From assembly GCA_904063045.1 (NCBI GenBank), contig CAJFCJ010000005.1, positions 759,988 through 823,987 on the forward strand: 64,000 nucleotides of DNA, given 5' to 3'. How positions within the stretch are numbered: position 1 is the stretch's first letter; each line of letters begins with the position of its first letter. The position numbers and the translations under genes are program-made. Source of the DNA: Dimorphilus gyrociliatus (taxonomy: Eukaryota; Animalia; Annelida). The notes under the pieces were generated by a model that saw only the letters and a program-made list of their open reading frames with translations, did not search any database and was not told the DNA's origin. This document shows, one piece after another, positions 36,983 to 50,683 of the stretch.

Positions 36983-39900
36983 TTTTTCCACCTCAAGTAA
37001 GCCTATGAAAAGAACCCATCTATCCAATTTTTCCTCTTAAATCCGTAGTCATTTTATTATAGAAGCTAAGTGATAAACGAGCTATTAATAAATAAACAAT
37101 GAGTGCGCCCGGAGGAAATAGTTTACAAGAGTGTTATTTCGAATTGCATGACGAACAAGCGCTATCTTCTCTCATAAAAATTGCGCAATAATAATGTATT
37201 TTAGCTTATTTACTTTTCATTACGACTATTAAAGTCAATAATAGCTGGAATCAAAATCACAGTTAATTAGATTTTTAACTATTTTTATAAACCTTGCATA
37301 GGCACCTTTCAGGTAAAGCATCCTTGCATCGGATGCTATATTATTTTTAGTTAATGGCGGATAATCTTACTATATCATTTCTTATTTGAAGAAAGTACTA
37401 TCTTATTTTTTCCTGTATACTTAAAATAAAAATAACCAAAGCAAATATTAATATTTTAAAGCAAAAACCACTTTTATCATTAATTTAAAGTTACAATGAA
37501 TAGGGGGGAAAAAAGAGAGGAATAACTCTATAACTAATCAATAATTGACATTTTTACGTCGTCTATAACCGGTATTTATCCAGTCGATATACAATATTAG
37601 GAAAGAATGGCAGTAACTCTTTGATAGCCAACCATCAATTCCTATTTTTTACAGTTCCCTTCCTATTCATGCCTAATTATGAAAAGTACTAATTACGCGC
37701 GATTGTCGAATGATGCAGAAGAAAAGATTTGATGAGCGTTTTGATCCTAAGGCCTAAATTGTTCGGAGATTTATGAAATGTCCTTGGAAATCGATTTCTG
37801 TCATTGTCCTACCTACCGATAATTTTAATTAATTCATATGAAACTGCGTCCCTTTTTCCTTCACTTAACAAACGTTGATGAAAAATCTAAAAACTTCCCA
37901 GTTACCGTAATTATCATTTGATTACGTTGGTAGGTTTAGCCAAACACCGCAAAATATTATTGGCTTATAGCAATAATACAGCAATACAGCAGATAGATAT
38001 AAAATATAGAATTTCTTCCTTTCTAATATTACCTAGTTCCAAAGCAGATTAGGACAGAGAGAGAGAGAGAGAGAGAGATTGACTAGCTCTCGAAAAGGAA
38101 AAAGGAGAAAAAACTGACACCGACGAGAGAGAGAGAGACAGAGAAAGAGAGAGAAGGAGAGAAAGAGAAATAACGCTTCATACTTATGCTAATATCTAAA
38201 TACCCAAAGTGACAGAAATATTAGGATATTATCGCCGATGATATTTTTTTTAAGAAAAAAAAATCACCAAAAAAACGATCATGTCTAAAAGTTTAAAGAG
38301 AGAAAAAGTCCGATTCAAAAATTCTTCGTTTGAACTAAAAAGAAAATCTTTAAAGTATACAAAAATTCCATTCGTATGAAAAAAAAAAGTTGGAAAGAGA
38401 AGAAGAGAGAGAAGCTTGAATTATTTACGAATGTCAAAATCTGGTAAACAATGTGGCCGATTATGCGTCTCTAATCCAGTTTATTCATCAGATCAATTCG
38501 AATCAAATATCAAATTCAATATTTAATAGAATTATTTACAATTAATCAAGCGTCGGCGAGTAACTACGGCGGCGACCCGACCGGTTAGCTTTTTCTCCTA
38601 CTGTTAAAATATCCTTCTCATCCCGCTAATTCGGTGACGAGGTTGACATTTAGTTGGAAAATTATCCTAGGAGTGTCGAAATCGTCCAAAATAGGCCTAA
38701 GTAGACGTCACTTCAATTAGGCCGATCGCAATGCGTCACGCGAGAAGATTTTTTGAGGGCGGAAAGGAAGGGCGTGATTCGATTAGGTTTAATCAAGGAA
38801 CATTTCCCTGGAATATATTTTTTATTTGTTTAATTTTTTTGTTTACTGATTTGTAATAGTCAACGCCTCCGCCGACCTATCGCCTTGTTCGTAGCCTCCC
38901 ACACAACCTCCTCTTACCAACCCTCCTACTCGCTTGACGATCGTTTTTTCTCTCTTTTTCTCTACCCCACACCCTTCTCATTCATCCATCACCGTCCGTC
39001 TACATTGAAACGTTTCCGTGAGTAAAAGCTATAGGCCTAAACGGAAGGAAAGTAGTCGCTGAGTTTTTTCTGTTTCCCAACAAGTACCCTTTCAACGATA
39101 ATAAAAAGTTGATTCTTTACTACTGAAGGTTATACGAATCCTCATCAATATGCAAATAGAGATGAGACGACGGCTTAATTATTTCATACCAAAAATTCTC
39201 CATTTAACTCATTATAAATAGCATAATACTGAGCTTAGCTTTCGTATACTATTACGTAAATACAATGAATTCCAGTTCAATCTCATTAAATAGGCAACTT
39301 AATCGGCAATAATACAAGATCATAGCGATATTCGTCCGCAAAAACTCTCTACACCAACCTCCCCTCCCCCTTATTTCCGCCCCTTGACTTCTACCTATCT
39401 ACATAATAAATATTATTTAGATGTTAATTAACTTTAATTTATTAATAATAATAAAACATTGTAAGCTTAATAAGCTAACAACGGAGTCATACTCTATATG
39501 CGTCAAAAGAAAAGGGACACAAGTTGAGTTCGCTCATTTCATAAATCCTTTCGTTTTAGTATTGGATATGTCGTTCTCTTCATTTATCAAACTCGACTTC
39601 CACTCAACAGGCATTTTGCAGTAAATTTCCCCGATTATGATCTCGCTAACTTTGTTCTTTGACGTAAATCATCATACGCTGTACGTTGTATAACTAAGCC
39701 TATATAATGTATTCTATTAATAAAATTATAACTATCTCTTCTTTACGCGTATTGTTTAGCTATCAACCTTCTAATTGAAAAGTTAGCTAGAACAGCGAAA
39801 TTCGAAAGGGAGTAATAAATGAAAAATGGTTTTATTTGTAATATATAAATATATATATATACTGTATATAGGCCTAGCGCATTTATAAACAGTATCGGCA

Positions 39901-41842
39901 GTATATTTAAATATTATTTTTTATACTAAACGCTCACAATAGACACAGTATATATTTTTATATCATCGATTAAGCGATAGAGGTTTATTGCTTTTCAATC
40001 TCATACCATATAACCAAGAAATCATATTCAGATTACTCTTAAAAAATTTCAATATCAATTATCTTTATTCTTCGCAGCTTGAGGCAAATCTGGAAACTTT
40101 TTCCTTAATTTTTTTTATTCCTTACTATATTTCCTTTCTTTCTCTCTTGTTTTGTATGTGTGTGTGTGTGTTTTTTTTTTCCTCTCTTCCTCTCTCTCTC
40201 TCTCTTTCTCTTCTCTTATTTTATTTCTTTCTTTGTCACTTGGAAAAATTTCTTTTTCTTTTTTTTTATAGTTTATTTTAAAACTTTAATCTCGCTTCAT
40301 CCGGATAAGTAAAATATGCCTATCCACCTATGTCGGTCTAATTAAAGCCTAGGGAAAAAACACTTAATATAGTTATAAGGTTTGGAACGACCTAATTAAA
40401 GGTTTGTTGGAGAGAAAATGAGAAAATTTAGAAGAGTATGTAATGAAAGTAATTTGTCATCCATGCATTGTTAGACAAGATGACGCGATTTGCTAGCCTT
40501 TGTCAATTTTTCCATTCCATCTAACGCCATTAATTTCTACTTATCTCGCCTACTACGACAAACTTGTTATTATTTCATATTTTCCTACTAATACTGATTA
40601 TCGATAGATATATATCTATATATATAAATATATTGGAAAAGCTTAGAGATAATCTGGCCTTTCTAAGTCACCTAAAGAAATTCTCTTTTTGCGCTTTTCT
40701 CTCCCTACCATGGAGACTTTTACAGCTTATTAAAAAAATTGATTCAAGAGGTTTTATCTTGTCTCTCGGTTTTAAGACCTTTGATAACTCATGAAATGAC
40801 GAATACACAGAAATTCTAATTCCTCTTAAATTCAAATAGGAAAAGCTGACATACTAACATATTAAAAACTACTGCACTAAAGCGTTCTCTTGTCCAGACC
40901 AGACATTACGCCTACCCGATCAAAGGAAATGATTTTATCAAGAATAATTGACAATATAAAAATATATATATGTCCCTACTAGAAGTTTTTCACATATTTC
41001 ATCTTTTATTCTTTTTTCTCCTATACATCTAACGTGTTGTATTCTAATCTATAATTAAATAATCAAAAAAGTATAAGAGGTTTTTCTCCTTTTAAAAACC
41101 AGTTGAAAAATTAATGAAAAGACCAAAAATCTTTTATGATAATGATGATTTACCATTCGGAAAGGAAATAGGGATAATGCTATTTAAAACACCAACAAGA
41201 TACAAACATACTTCCCTTTTGACTCGAAGTTATTATCGAATCTTTTCCAATTATTTTATTACAATAATTAAAACGCTTAGATATAATTAATTCCTTCAAT
41301 TAGTTAAAAGCCAAATTGTTCAATCACATTGATTTATCTTTCATTCAGTAGGATTTCAATTAAGAAAATCAACTCATAATGTAATATTTTTCCCATTCGC
41401 CTTCTCCTTTTATTAAGAGATAATATAGAAATATAGAATAAAACAAGGAAAAAAGAAAAGATCTTTCCCTTTACCCTTTAAGACCTTTTTAAGAAATTTT
41501 TTGTGACATTTTTCGTGAAGAGTATAAAAAGACAGCTTTATCAAATTTGTATATATATATATCTCATACATATTGTTTAAAGAGATTATACATGATAGAG
41601 AAACAGTATAGATGTAAAAGCTCACTTTTAATGTAAATCACATTTTAAAAGATTATTTTTTTTTTAAAAAAACAAACTTAAACATAAAATTATCTTAACT
41701 AGTTTTCTTAATTTAAGTAGAATAAGAAAAAAGTTAAAACTTACCAAAATGTAGAAATATTATGAAAGAATATTTAAATAATTTTCCAAATTTCCTCATG
41801 ATTTTATGGATTAGTAGTGGTAATTATTTTTTCTTATAAACA

Positions 41843-41939
41843 TATATGTATATTGATACATACATATGTATCTATATATATATATCTATATATATATACA
41901 TATATATATAAATATATATCTATATATATATATACATAA

Positions 41940-41970
<31 letters not shown>

Positions 41971-41972
41971 TA
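41843..41972. repeat. Compound TA-rich simple repeat
   Basis: TA runs interrupted by C/A variants. Confidence 0.9.
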
Positions 41973-43506
41973 TACTTTTTATCGTTAGAATACTTTTTTC
42001 CTCTTCCAATCAAGGAGATAGAGTGTCTATCAAACGCCTTTGAAAACCAAAATAAAAGTTAATACGTTCCAACGATAGGTGTCGTCTATGTATGAAATGT
42101 ATTATAATTCGTCAAAACATTTTCTGTATTTAGTGTTGAAATTGCAGTGGAATTGTCATTCATTTCCCTTCTACTAATTCGTTTTTAATTGTTTACCTAA
42201 AGTAATTAAATCAAGCGTTTCCGTCGTTCTCTGCTTAATTATGATAAATGCAACGTTAAAAACTTCTGGCATTCTATTCGGAAGAATATTTATCGCCAGA
42301 TGGAGCCAAAATCAATCACTCTTTCTATCCCCTCTCCTTTTTGCCCCTCTTCCTCTTCCTCTTTTCCTCTTTCGCTCTTTAGGAAATGGATGTAAGCCAC
42401 TCTCTTTTATATATCAACAGCATTTAGAGGAAATTCGATTTGGGAGGCAACATTCTTTTCTATATTCCATGATTTTTTTCTCCCGATAAAAAACGGGAAA
42501 TTCCTTTTGGTAATTTCGTATAGATAATTTAAAAATAAAAGACATAGGAAACTAAATTAACCTCTATCTTCTTCTTCCATCTCTCTCTCTTTTTTTTTCT
42601 TTCTCTCTCTCTCTTCTTACTTTTAAAAAAAATTATAAAGTAAAAAGTCATCTAAAGATATACATTCGACTTGACTCTTTCTTGTTCATTTAATCTACAA
42701 ACGACAGGTGTCGCTCTTCTAAGTATTCAATAAGAAGAAAGATAGAGAGAGAGAGAGAGACTATGCCACCCCTTGTAGAAAATATTTTAAATTCCTAACT
42801 TATTCGATTTTAGATAATTTCCTCAGAGCGAACTTGTTTACAAGTTTGACTGCAAAGGAAAGAATCATGATTCTAATTTGAAATAATAGGGGGGGTGGGG
42901 GGAGGGGGGAACTCCTTCAGATACAAGGTGGCGCTAATATCGATAGTATAATATAAATATTTTTGGCGTATTATAGAAAGTAAGGAAATATACGTAAAAT
43001 AGGATCAATATATCTCGATAGTAAATAAAACTGCAATTTCCCGTATTTGATTATTTTATTGCTGACAAACAGCCGTTTTTATCCTAACCAAGTAAGTTTT
43101 TAATTAATATTTTCATAATTATTAACATTTATTCATATCAAAGACGATAGAAATTATTTATAGTCGTTTTCAAGTAGTCTTTTAAGATTTCTCCAAATCT
43201 TTTCCACTGCGCCGACATTTATCGATAGGAAAAGACAAATTCACAGCGAAATATCAAAAGAATTTGCAAACTGTTAAAGAATTTCGCATTGTTTTCTCTT
43301 ATATTTTTTATCCGTATATTGCGTAATATTGATAGACTACAAGAAGATGTTTATAGTTACCCTACTATTATATGTTGACAAAAAATTCAATATTAAACTT
43401 AAAAAATTCCCTTTATTTAATAACAAAAGTGTATAAAAAGGCCAAAAAAGTTCAGTATTGAAAAAATCAATAGGCAATTTCAACGCCCTTGCCTTAGTAA
43501 GGGAAA

Positions 43507-43815
43507 ATGTCTAAAAATTTCGTTTATGACAATGTTGGATTTTCTAATGTAATGGAATCTCAATCTCCAGGCTTAAAGCGGAACGAGACTAAATGGATAG
43601 CAAACGGAGCGGGAAGAGATAGAGTAAAAAAGCCAAAGACGAGAAAAGTTATAGAAGGCAAAACCAAGGCGAAGGACGAATTTGTCTACAGCATGGATTC
43701 CATCGAATGGTCAGATTTAACATTTACTGCAAAAGATCTTATAGAAAGAGGTAAACTATCGGCTATAGTTAAAGTATCTGATGATTGTAATCCGAATGGA
43801 TTCCCTCCCGGTCAG
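43507..43815 (+). CDS. GAREM: GAREM-like adaptor, exon 1
   Basis: aaaATG start, 103 codons to CAG|GTGAGT (phase 0), in frame with the next exon. Confidence 0.75.
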
Positions 43816-44867
43816 GTGAGTCATAGTTTCTTAAGAATTTTTATCATAATCAAACAACATGCACTGGTCGTCACCTTCAAAATTAGATTATTTTCCTTCC
43901 CCCATAGGGGGAGGGGGGGGGGAGAGATACAACTCGCCCCACTCAATAAATAAGTCTATTATTAAAAACTTGTAAGCAAATCTTCTTCTCTCACTCTCCT
44001 CTCTATTCAATCAGTAGCTATCTTTTTTAATGCAATCAAATACAGTCTATTACCGAAATTTCCATACGCTGTATTATAAATATAATATTGTATATACTGT
44101 ATGGAGTAAATTGTTTGTCTGATATTCCCCATAAAAATGTGCACGCTTTCAATTCTTATCTACATCCTTAATAGCAAACTATCTAGGCCTGTTTATCAAA
44201 TACTATAATTTCTACAGAATATATCGAAATTTGAGTAAAATTATTGTTAAAGTTATTGTTTGTCAAAAAGTTAAGTACTAGTATATGTTGTTTATAGAGT
44301 TTGTAAAGACTTTAACGTCAATTTAGATAAAGAAGAATTGAATTTCTATGGTAATTGTTCACACAAAAAGCTTGGTAAATTTTCGAATCGAATTTTAAAA
44401 GGTGTTTTCTTTGTTTGTTTTGTTTGTCTTCAAATTAATTCTTTTAGAACTTTATTCATTTTACAAAGTAAACATTTTACTTGTAGTATTGTCCTAATTT
44501 TTAACGTATGTTCATTGAAATTTAGAATATTATACGTTAAGTAGAAGAAATCTTATATTGTTTTAAAATCCTCTCTCTCTCTCTCTCTCTCTCTTTCTGT
44601 ATCTGTCTGCCTGTCTATCTGTCTCTTTCCTATCTCTCTTTTCTATCAAGTTCTTGGGATATATCATAGATGGCGTTCTCTTCAACTATACAGAAAAGTT
44701 TGTTTGTCTTCAGTAGATATTGTTTGCTATTCATTTTGAATTGACTTTATGTTTGTTTTTTCAAAGTTTGTTAACAATAATTTATTCATCGGCCATAAAA
44801 AGGTGTTTTATAATGTGATAAAGGCGTTCCATCTATCGGCTTAGCAATTAACTATTCTTCTTTTTAG

Positions 44868-45324
44868 ATTATGCAAATTGTAACGAGTACGGAACAAGAT
44901 AGAATATACGCACAAGACGAAATGGGCAACCTGATTAGCTTGCCGAAAAGTTCTGCTTTGCCTATATCGTTAGAGGATGGAACATCGACAACGATAGCGG
45001 ATTTGGTCGATAGCCTTCATGAGAATAAAACTCCCATTGCAGCTCGTATAAATTCGTCTATGATTAGCGAAAGTCGAATGCTGTTGCACGGAAAAAGTTT
45101 GCTTTTGAAGTATGTGAAAAGGGAGAAATTTTTAAAGGGATGCCTGATTGAAGAGGCCTGGGTAGACCAAACCAGGATAGTCGTTATTCCAATTTTTCTA
45201 CCAATCCAGTTCTATGTTGCTGAGGGGATGAGGGGAGCAACACCGGAAGAATGGCATGAATACCAACTAATGTATATCAGAACAATCAGGAGATTTGTCA
45301 TTAAACAGGCTGATAATTTTGAGG
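44868..45324 (+). CDS. GAREM: GAREM-like adaptor, exon 2 (CABIT-like region, inferred)
   Basis: ttcttctttttag|ATT ATG CAA. IMQIV...IYAQDEMGNLISLP... Donor GAG G|GTACTA (phase 1), followed by a 54-nt intron. Confidence 0.8.
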
Positions 45325-45378
45325 GTACTATATAATTAATTACGTGACTTGATCATTTGAGTTTGCTGCATCTTTCAG

Positions 45379-45842
45379 ATATCTTTCTTCACAACGAGAG
45401 TGAAGATTCGGAGAGAAGTGATAATTATTTAATTTATTCAAGCTTGAACGACTACACGAATTGGAAGCCTCAAGAATATTACAATATATCGGAGTTTGAA
45501 AAGACAAATCCTTCCGTCCCCACCTTACCACCTAGAGACTATTCAGAAAGGGTCGAATCGGCTGCCGATGTTGTTGACGTTATACCGGATATTATCCAAG
45601 AGACATCAGTATTAACCATTGAAACCATACCGAATGACCTAAGTGAATTGTCCGCTGGTGGGGTTATTGATTGTCTGAAACTTCTAAATGTAGACTTTGA
45701 TCAGTTCAAAAGACGAAAGATAGATGGCGCTGCCCTTCTTTCATTAGACGATATTAAAGTGCTTCAAACAATTTTCGAGTTGTCACCTTTACAGGCTGCA
45801 ACTCTGATAAGATTTATTAGAGGTTGGAGGCCGCAAACATGA
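45379..45842 (+). CDS. GAREM: GAREM-like adaptor, exon 3 (YxN motifs, PxxPxR, C-terminal SAM domain)
   Basis: tctttcag|AT ATC. Contains PTLPPR. C-terminal PNDLSELS...KIDGAALLSL...LIRFIRGWRPQT* closely resembles the GAREM1 SAM end as I recall it (KIDGNLLVQL...IMQFINGWRPKI). Joined CDS 1230 nt, 409 aa. Confidence 0.85.
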
Positions 45843-48458
45843 CTTTTCTTTCAACTTCCGGTTAGAGAAAGCCGTTATAACATGTATCTAACTTTCAATT
45901 AATAACATTTCTATCTTTTGTCCTCTTTGCCTTTTCTTTTAAAACTGGAATTCACTGCAGAAATGTTATATTTTTACTGTAAATTAAATTAGTCCTTATC
46001 TAGTCAAAAAACTAAATAACTTGCTACTCTTTAAAGGTTAAAAAAAGCTGATAGGATGAAACTTAAAAAGTCATATGCTTCTTACTCTCTGTAATTATGT
46101 ATGCAAAACATACAACGATAGCATTTTCACATCTACATGCATTTATACATGTTCTATATTCTATACATTTTAACTGTTTAAATACTTGCCTATTATTTGT
46201 TCTTTGTGTTTATATTCTATTGGAAATATTTAACACTGTGAATAAGTTTAATAGAAGATGAACATGTAAATAGGAAAGAGAGCGAAAATATAGATGTATG
46301 TTTCATCTTTAAACTGTCTTTGTGCCATATTTATTTTATTGAATAAAAACTAAATACTAGATATGCAATAATTGAATAATAATTGTCTCATTTCTTTAAA
46401 TACCCCATTTATAATACTTAATAATTATTATAAATAGAATATTATATGTATTTGAAACTATTTAGCCTTGTTACCAGACTGATAAAAATAATTTATTATT
46501 CAAAGCATCCCCAGGTAATCTATACAACCTTTTTTCTCAGTGTTATGCCATTTAATTAAAAAAAATCCGTTCCTAGCCTATTACTTTTAAAAGCGTCTCT
46601 TGTAATTGTATAGTCGACGGAGAGTTGCGAGTTAAAGATAGGGTGTTTATCTGGATAGAAAGTAAAAGAAAAAGGAAGAGGAAGAGGCTTTTTCAAATAT
46701 ACGAACATCAAATGGATGGTATTGAATTAAACACAACTAAGAAGAGAAATTTGCTGAAATCGATCGATATTTTTACAGTCACTTCATATTGCATGATCGC
46801 ATCCGGTCACGCAAATTTCTCATGGTGACGCCTAAGCTACGCGAGCGGACATTTGAACTGGCGGCAGAGGTAAAAAATTTTCTTTCTCTTATTTTATTAT
46901 TTTATTACGGGTGAGGTCTATGATCGATATTGCCCTGTTCTTGTATTGGTAAAATTATTTGATTTTAAAGAACGTAGACGTTGTAAAAGTTGTAGCACCT
47001 ACGGCGTTTTTCAGGCGTCTAAATTAAATAAATTCAAAACGGTCATAAATTCAAAGTTTTTTTTTCCTTTCTACTTTTCAATTGCCCTTAATGGGCAAAT
47101 TTTTGGGTAATCTTTTATGACCCGAGTAGCCTTACCCTCTGGCCTGAAACAGCCCAAAACGATAAAACCCCAAAGCCAACATTACCCCCCGCCTCTAAAA
47201 AAAAACATATACTGTATATGTCCGATTCAAAATAGAATTCGGACGAAATATCAATTGTATTGGTTGAGGTTTTCTTTAATTTATAACCCATTTCAGTTGA
47301 AATTATTATAAATCATACATGACCCAAAAAAAGAAAACACTAGAGAAAAGTGCACTCAAAAACAAACAGCATACCTTTATTCAAATTTTAAAGGTCCCTT
47401 AATAAGAGCCACTCTCAAATGTCCTATAATTAAATCACCGTCTTCTAAATCTCTGGTCGGACGTTGTATAGAGTAGATGAGAAAATTAGCTGAGATAGAC
47501 CTTGAAGATAAAATAAAAAAGTAGTTGAAAATGAGAAGGGAAACTTTTAAAAATACCATATTAATTATCTTATAATTTCAAGTGTAGAGAGTAAATTTGA
47601 TAAAGAAAGCGGCCCTTAGCTAAATAGGAAACTTATATTATTTACCCGATACCAGATGAAAAAGACGAGATTGATCCAATTGTAAGGAAAGCAAACAGAT
47701 TATCTAAATGGAGGTCTGTTAAGCCGGTAACGCAGACCGTTTTAGATAATAGCCATTTATCAGGGTATAGTCAGAAACTGATTGATTCATTCATTTGATA
47801 GGAGAGCGGGGGTGGTGGGAAAAGTCTTCAATGGCGTCGAAGAAACGCTCATGAATATTTTCGTTCAGCAAAGAGAGAAAAGGAGGCAAAATTTTTATTT
47901 ATTTTTTGTGAAGAAAAGTCATAAAACTCAACAGAAATTCCTCATTAAACGCCCTTAATTGAATACCAACGTTTTACAGCCGATTTCCGACAAGATTTCA
48001 GCAATTTTCTCGCTCCGCCTACGTAATAAAATTCGTTTACAACCGTAATAACGACTAAACGACTAAACTAATTAGTCTATAGTCATTTAGAGCTCTAACT
48101 TCATAAAATTAGATTACTTATTATTACAAACAATAATTCCTTAAAGACCGAATATAAATAAATATATTACAATATATATATACTTTATATTTATATATTC
48201 GTTTGCCATTTATAAATATGCAAATGAGGCTGCCTTTATTGTTTAATAAATTTGCAATATATACATTTACATGTGTTATTTAATTATACCGTAATCAATA
48301 ATTATATAAATACAGTGTACATTTCTTCAAGTCGTAAAAGATTATTATGTAAAAAATACTGCATATAGTCTATTGCAGAGTGTATTACATTGTTTATACC
48401 CTTAAAAATTATATAGTAAATACTTTACATACTATACATATGTATGTATATATTAGTA

Positions 48459-48498
<40 letters not shown>

Positions 48499-50650
48499 TG
48501 ATACAATTCTGTATATATATATATATATACAGGTCCATGCTTACAAATTTGTTTTTAGTTATACAAACCTTATCTTGCCGTCTATTTATCATTCTTATCT
48601 TTCTCTCTTCTGTCGATCACGTGATCCGGTTCGAGTGGGTCGTAAAAACCGGCGGAGGGTCGTAAAATATTGAGAGAATCTTGTGCGAACACGTTTCGTT
48701 TCGTTGCTTATTTGCTTTCGTCGTTTTTTTTTTTTTTTTGCGACTTTGTAGCATGTTCCAAATATTCACTTGACGTTTTTTTTGCAATACAATTGCCTAG
48801 TCTACATCTTCCCTTCCATTGTATTTCAACGAATAACAGTATATATATATATATATATATACATATCATGCAATAAATTGTTTTATGCCTATTTATTAAA
48901 TCAAAAAATATTCAAAGGTATATTAACAAATAATAATAAATAGTCAATTAAAAAGGACAAAAGGCCATTTTAGCATAACCATATTTTTTTTGCTTTTATC
49001 TTAATTTCTAATAGAAATTAGGAATTTATAGTATTTTTTTGTTTTTTTTTTAAAAAAAAGGTACTTTTTTATACTTTCTGGTTTTTAAACTTCAGTATTT
49101 CGTGACCAAAGTATTTTTAAGTATTATTCAAAAAGTAATTAGGCTATTAGAAAAGTACTTGTTTTTTATTTATTTAAATGAACATCTTGACTATATTGAT
49201 TACGGTACGGGCTTTCGCAACGTCAGTCCTATATTGATTGGGCATGACGATATGCCACCACTAACCGTAACCCTTTACAAGGCGTTAATCATAAAATTTT
49301 GACATTTTTATGCCTAATTACGCTATTATTATTTATAAATGACTTCTTATTATCTAAGACTTTTGCGTTAAAATTGAGAGTGTTTTTTTAATCTTTCCTT
49401 CTCCCTCCCTCCCTCTATCCTTTTCTCTTTTTTTCTCTCTACCAAATATATTCCATTATTATTACTTTTTCCTTCTTTTTTTCAACTGATAAGAACCAAT
49501 TACCAAATGAAACGAATTATTTATTATTATTAATATTATTATCACCGTTTATTACCCCTTTCTCTTTAATACCAACCGAGTTTTTTATTCAACTGTAGCA
49601 AGAAATTGCGGATTGATGGCTTAATTGGGTTTGTTTCCAACATAGGATGAATAAATTTGTGTGTAATAAATGAAATCTGATTACGACTATAAATTGAAAA
49701 TTTCAACCAAAAAAAAGAAAGAATGCATAACGTGACGAGACTGACGAATTGATATCTCAGTTATCAAACATCATGATCTTAACACCATAAATCCATAAAA
49801 TTCCTATATTCTCTCTCATTCTCTCTTTTTCTTTCTTTCTCTCTCTCTTTCTTTTTAACCTTTTTTTTTATTCACTTTTACATTCGCCCCGTCTGTTCAA
49901 CTTTCATCTTTTTTCTCACAGGCACCCACCTGCGAATCATTTCGCATTCAATTCGTAAAATGATGATATTTACCAAAATTTTTATGTTGTACGTTTTGAT
50001 GCTTCTTGATAAATTTATGTCAAGAGTGTTTTAATATTCATGCTATGCGCAAATAAATAAGAACCACGTTAAAGACGCATAGACCTGAATGCTGCTTATC
50101 TATAAGAGAGGAAAAAAAAGCCGCTTGGATAGTTTCTCCTCTTTGTAGTGTTTTTTTTTTATTAAATAAATAAGGAAATGAAGAGAGGGTGGTGGTAGTA
50201 GTAGCCTTGGCGGCGGTGAGGCGGCGGTCTTTACTAAACGACTTATTGTATCAAAGTTAACAAGTAACAGTAAGGTGTAAGCGGACACTGCACTTAGTTG
50301 ACTTGACTAAGTTTCAAAAGACGAAGGAATGGTGTTAACAAGTTGGCAATGTGTAATATTTCTGATAAAAAGGTCAAGCGGGACTTTAATGTGTATATGC
50401 TTCGGTATGGTTAAGTAAACATGTACTTAATTTAGGAATATCAACCTTTAAGCTAAATGTTTAGTACTTAACTGTTTTCGCCTCTGAAGAATTTATGAAA
50501 AAAAAATAAAAAACCTTCATGCATAGACAGTTACATTTCTCCTTACTTCATCCCATTTGTTCGTTCATTCGTTCACTCATTTATTTTTTAATAACTTTAA
50601 CATCATTCTATTTTTAGATCTTTTTACATATATTATATATTTAAGGTTTT

Positions 50651-50683
<33 letters not shown>

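Noticed and set aside
47699-47750. Imperfect hairpin (ATTATCTAAA..GGTCTG / CAGACC..TTTAGATAAT)
   Set aside because: The stem is short and interrupted, and matches no miRNA I recognise.
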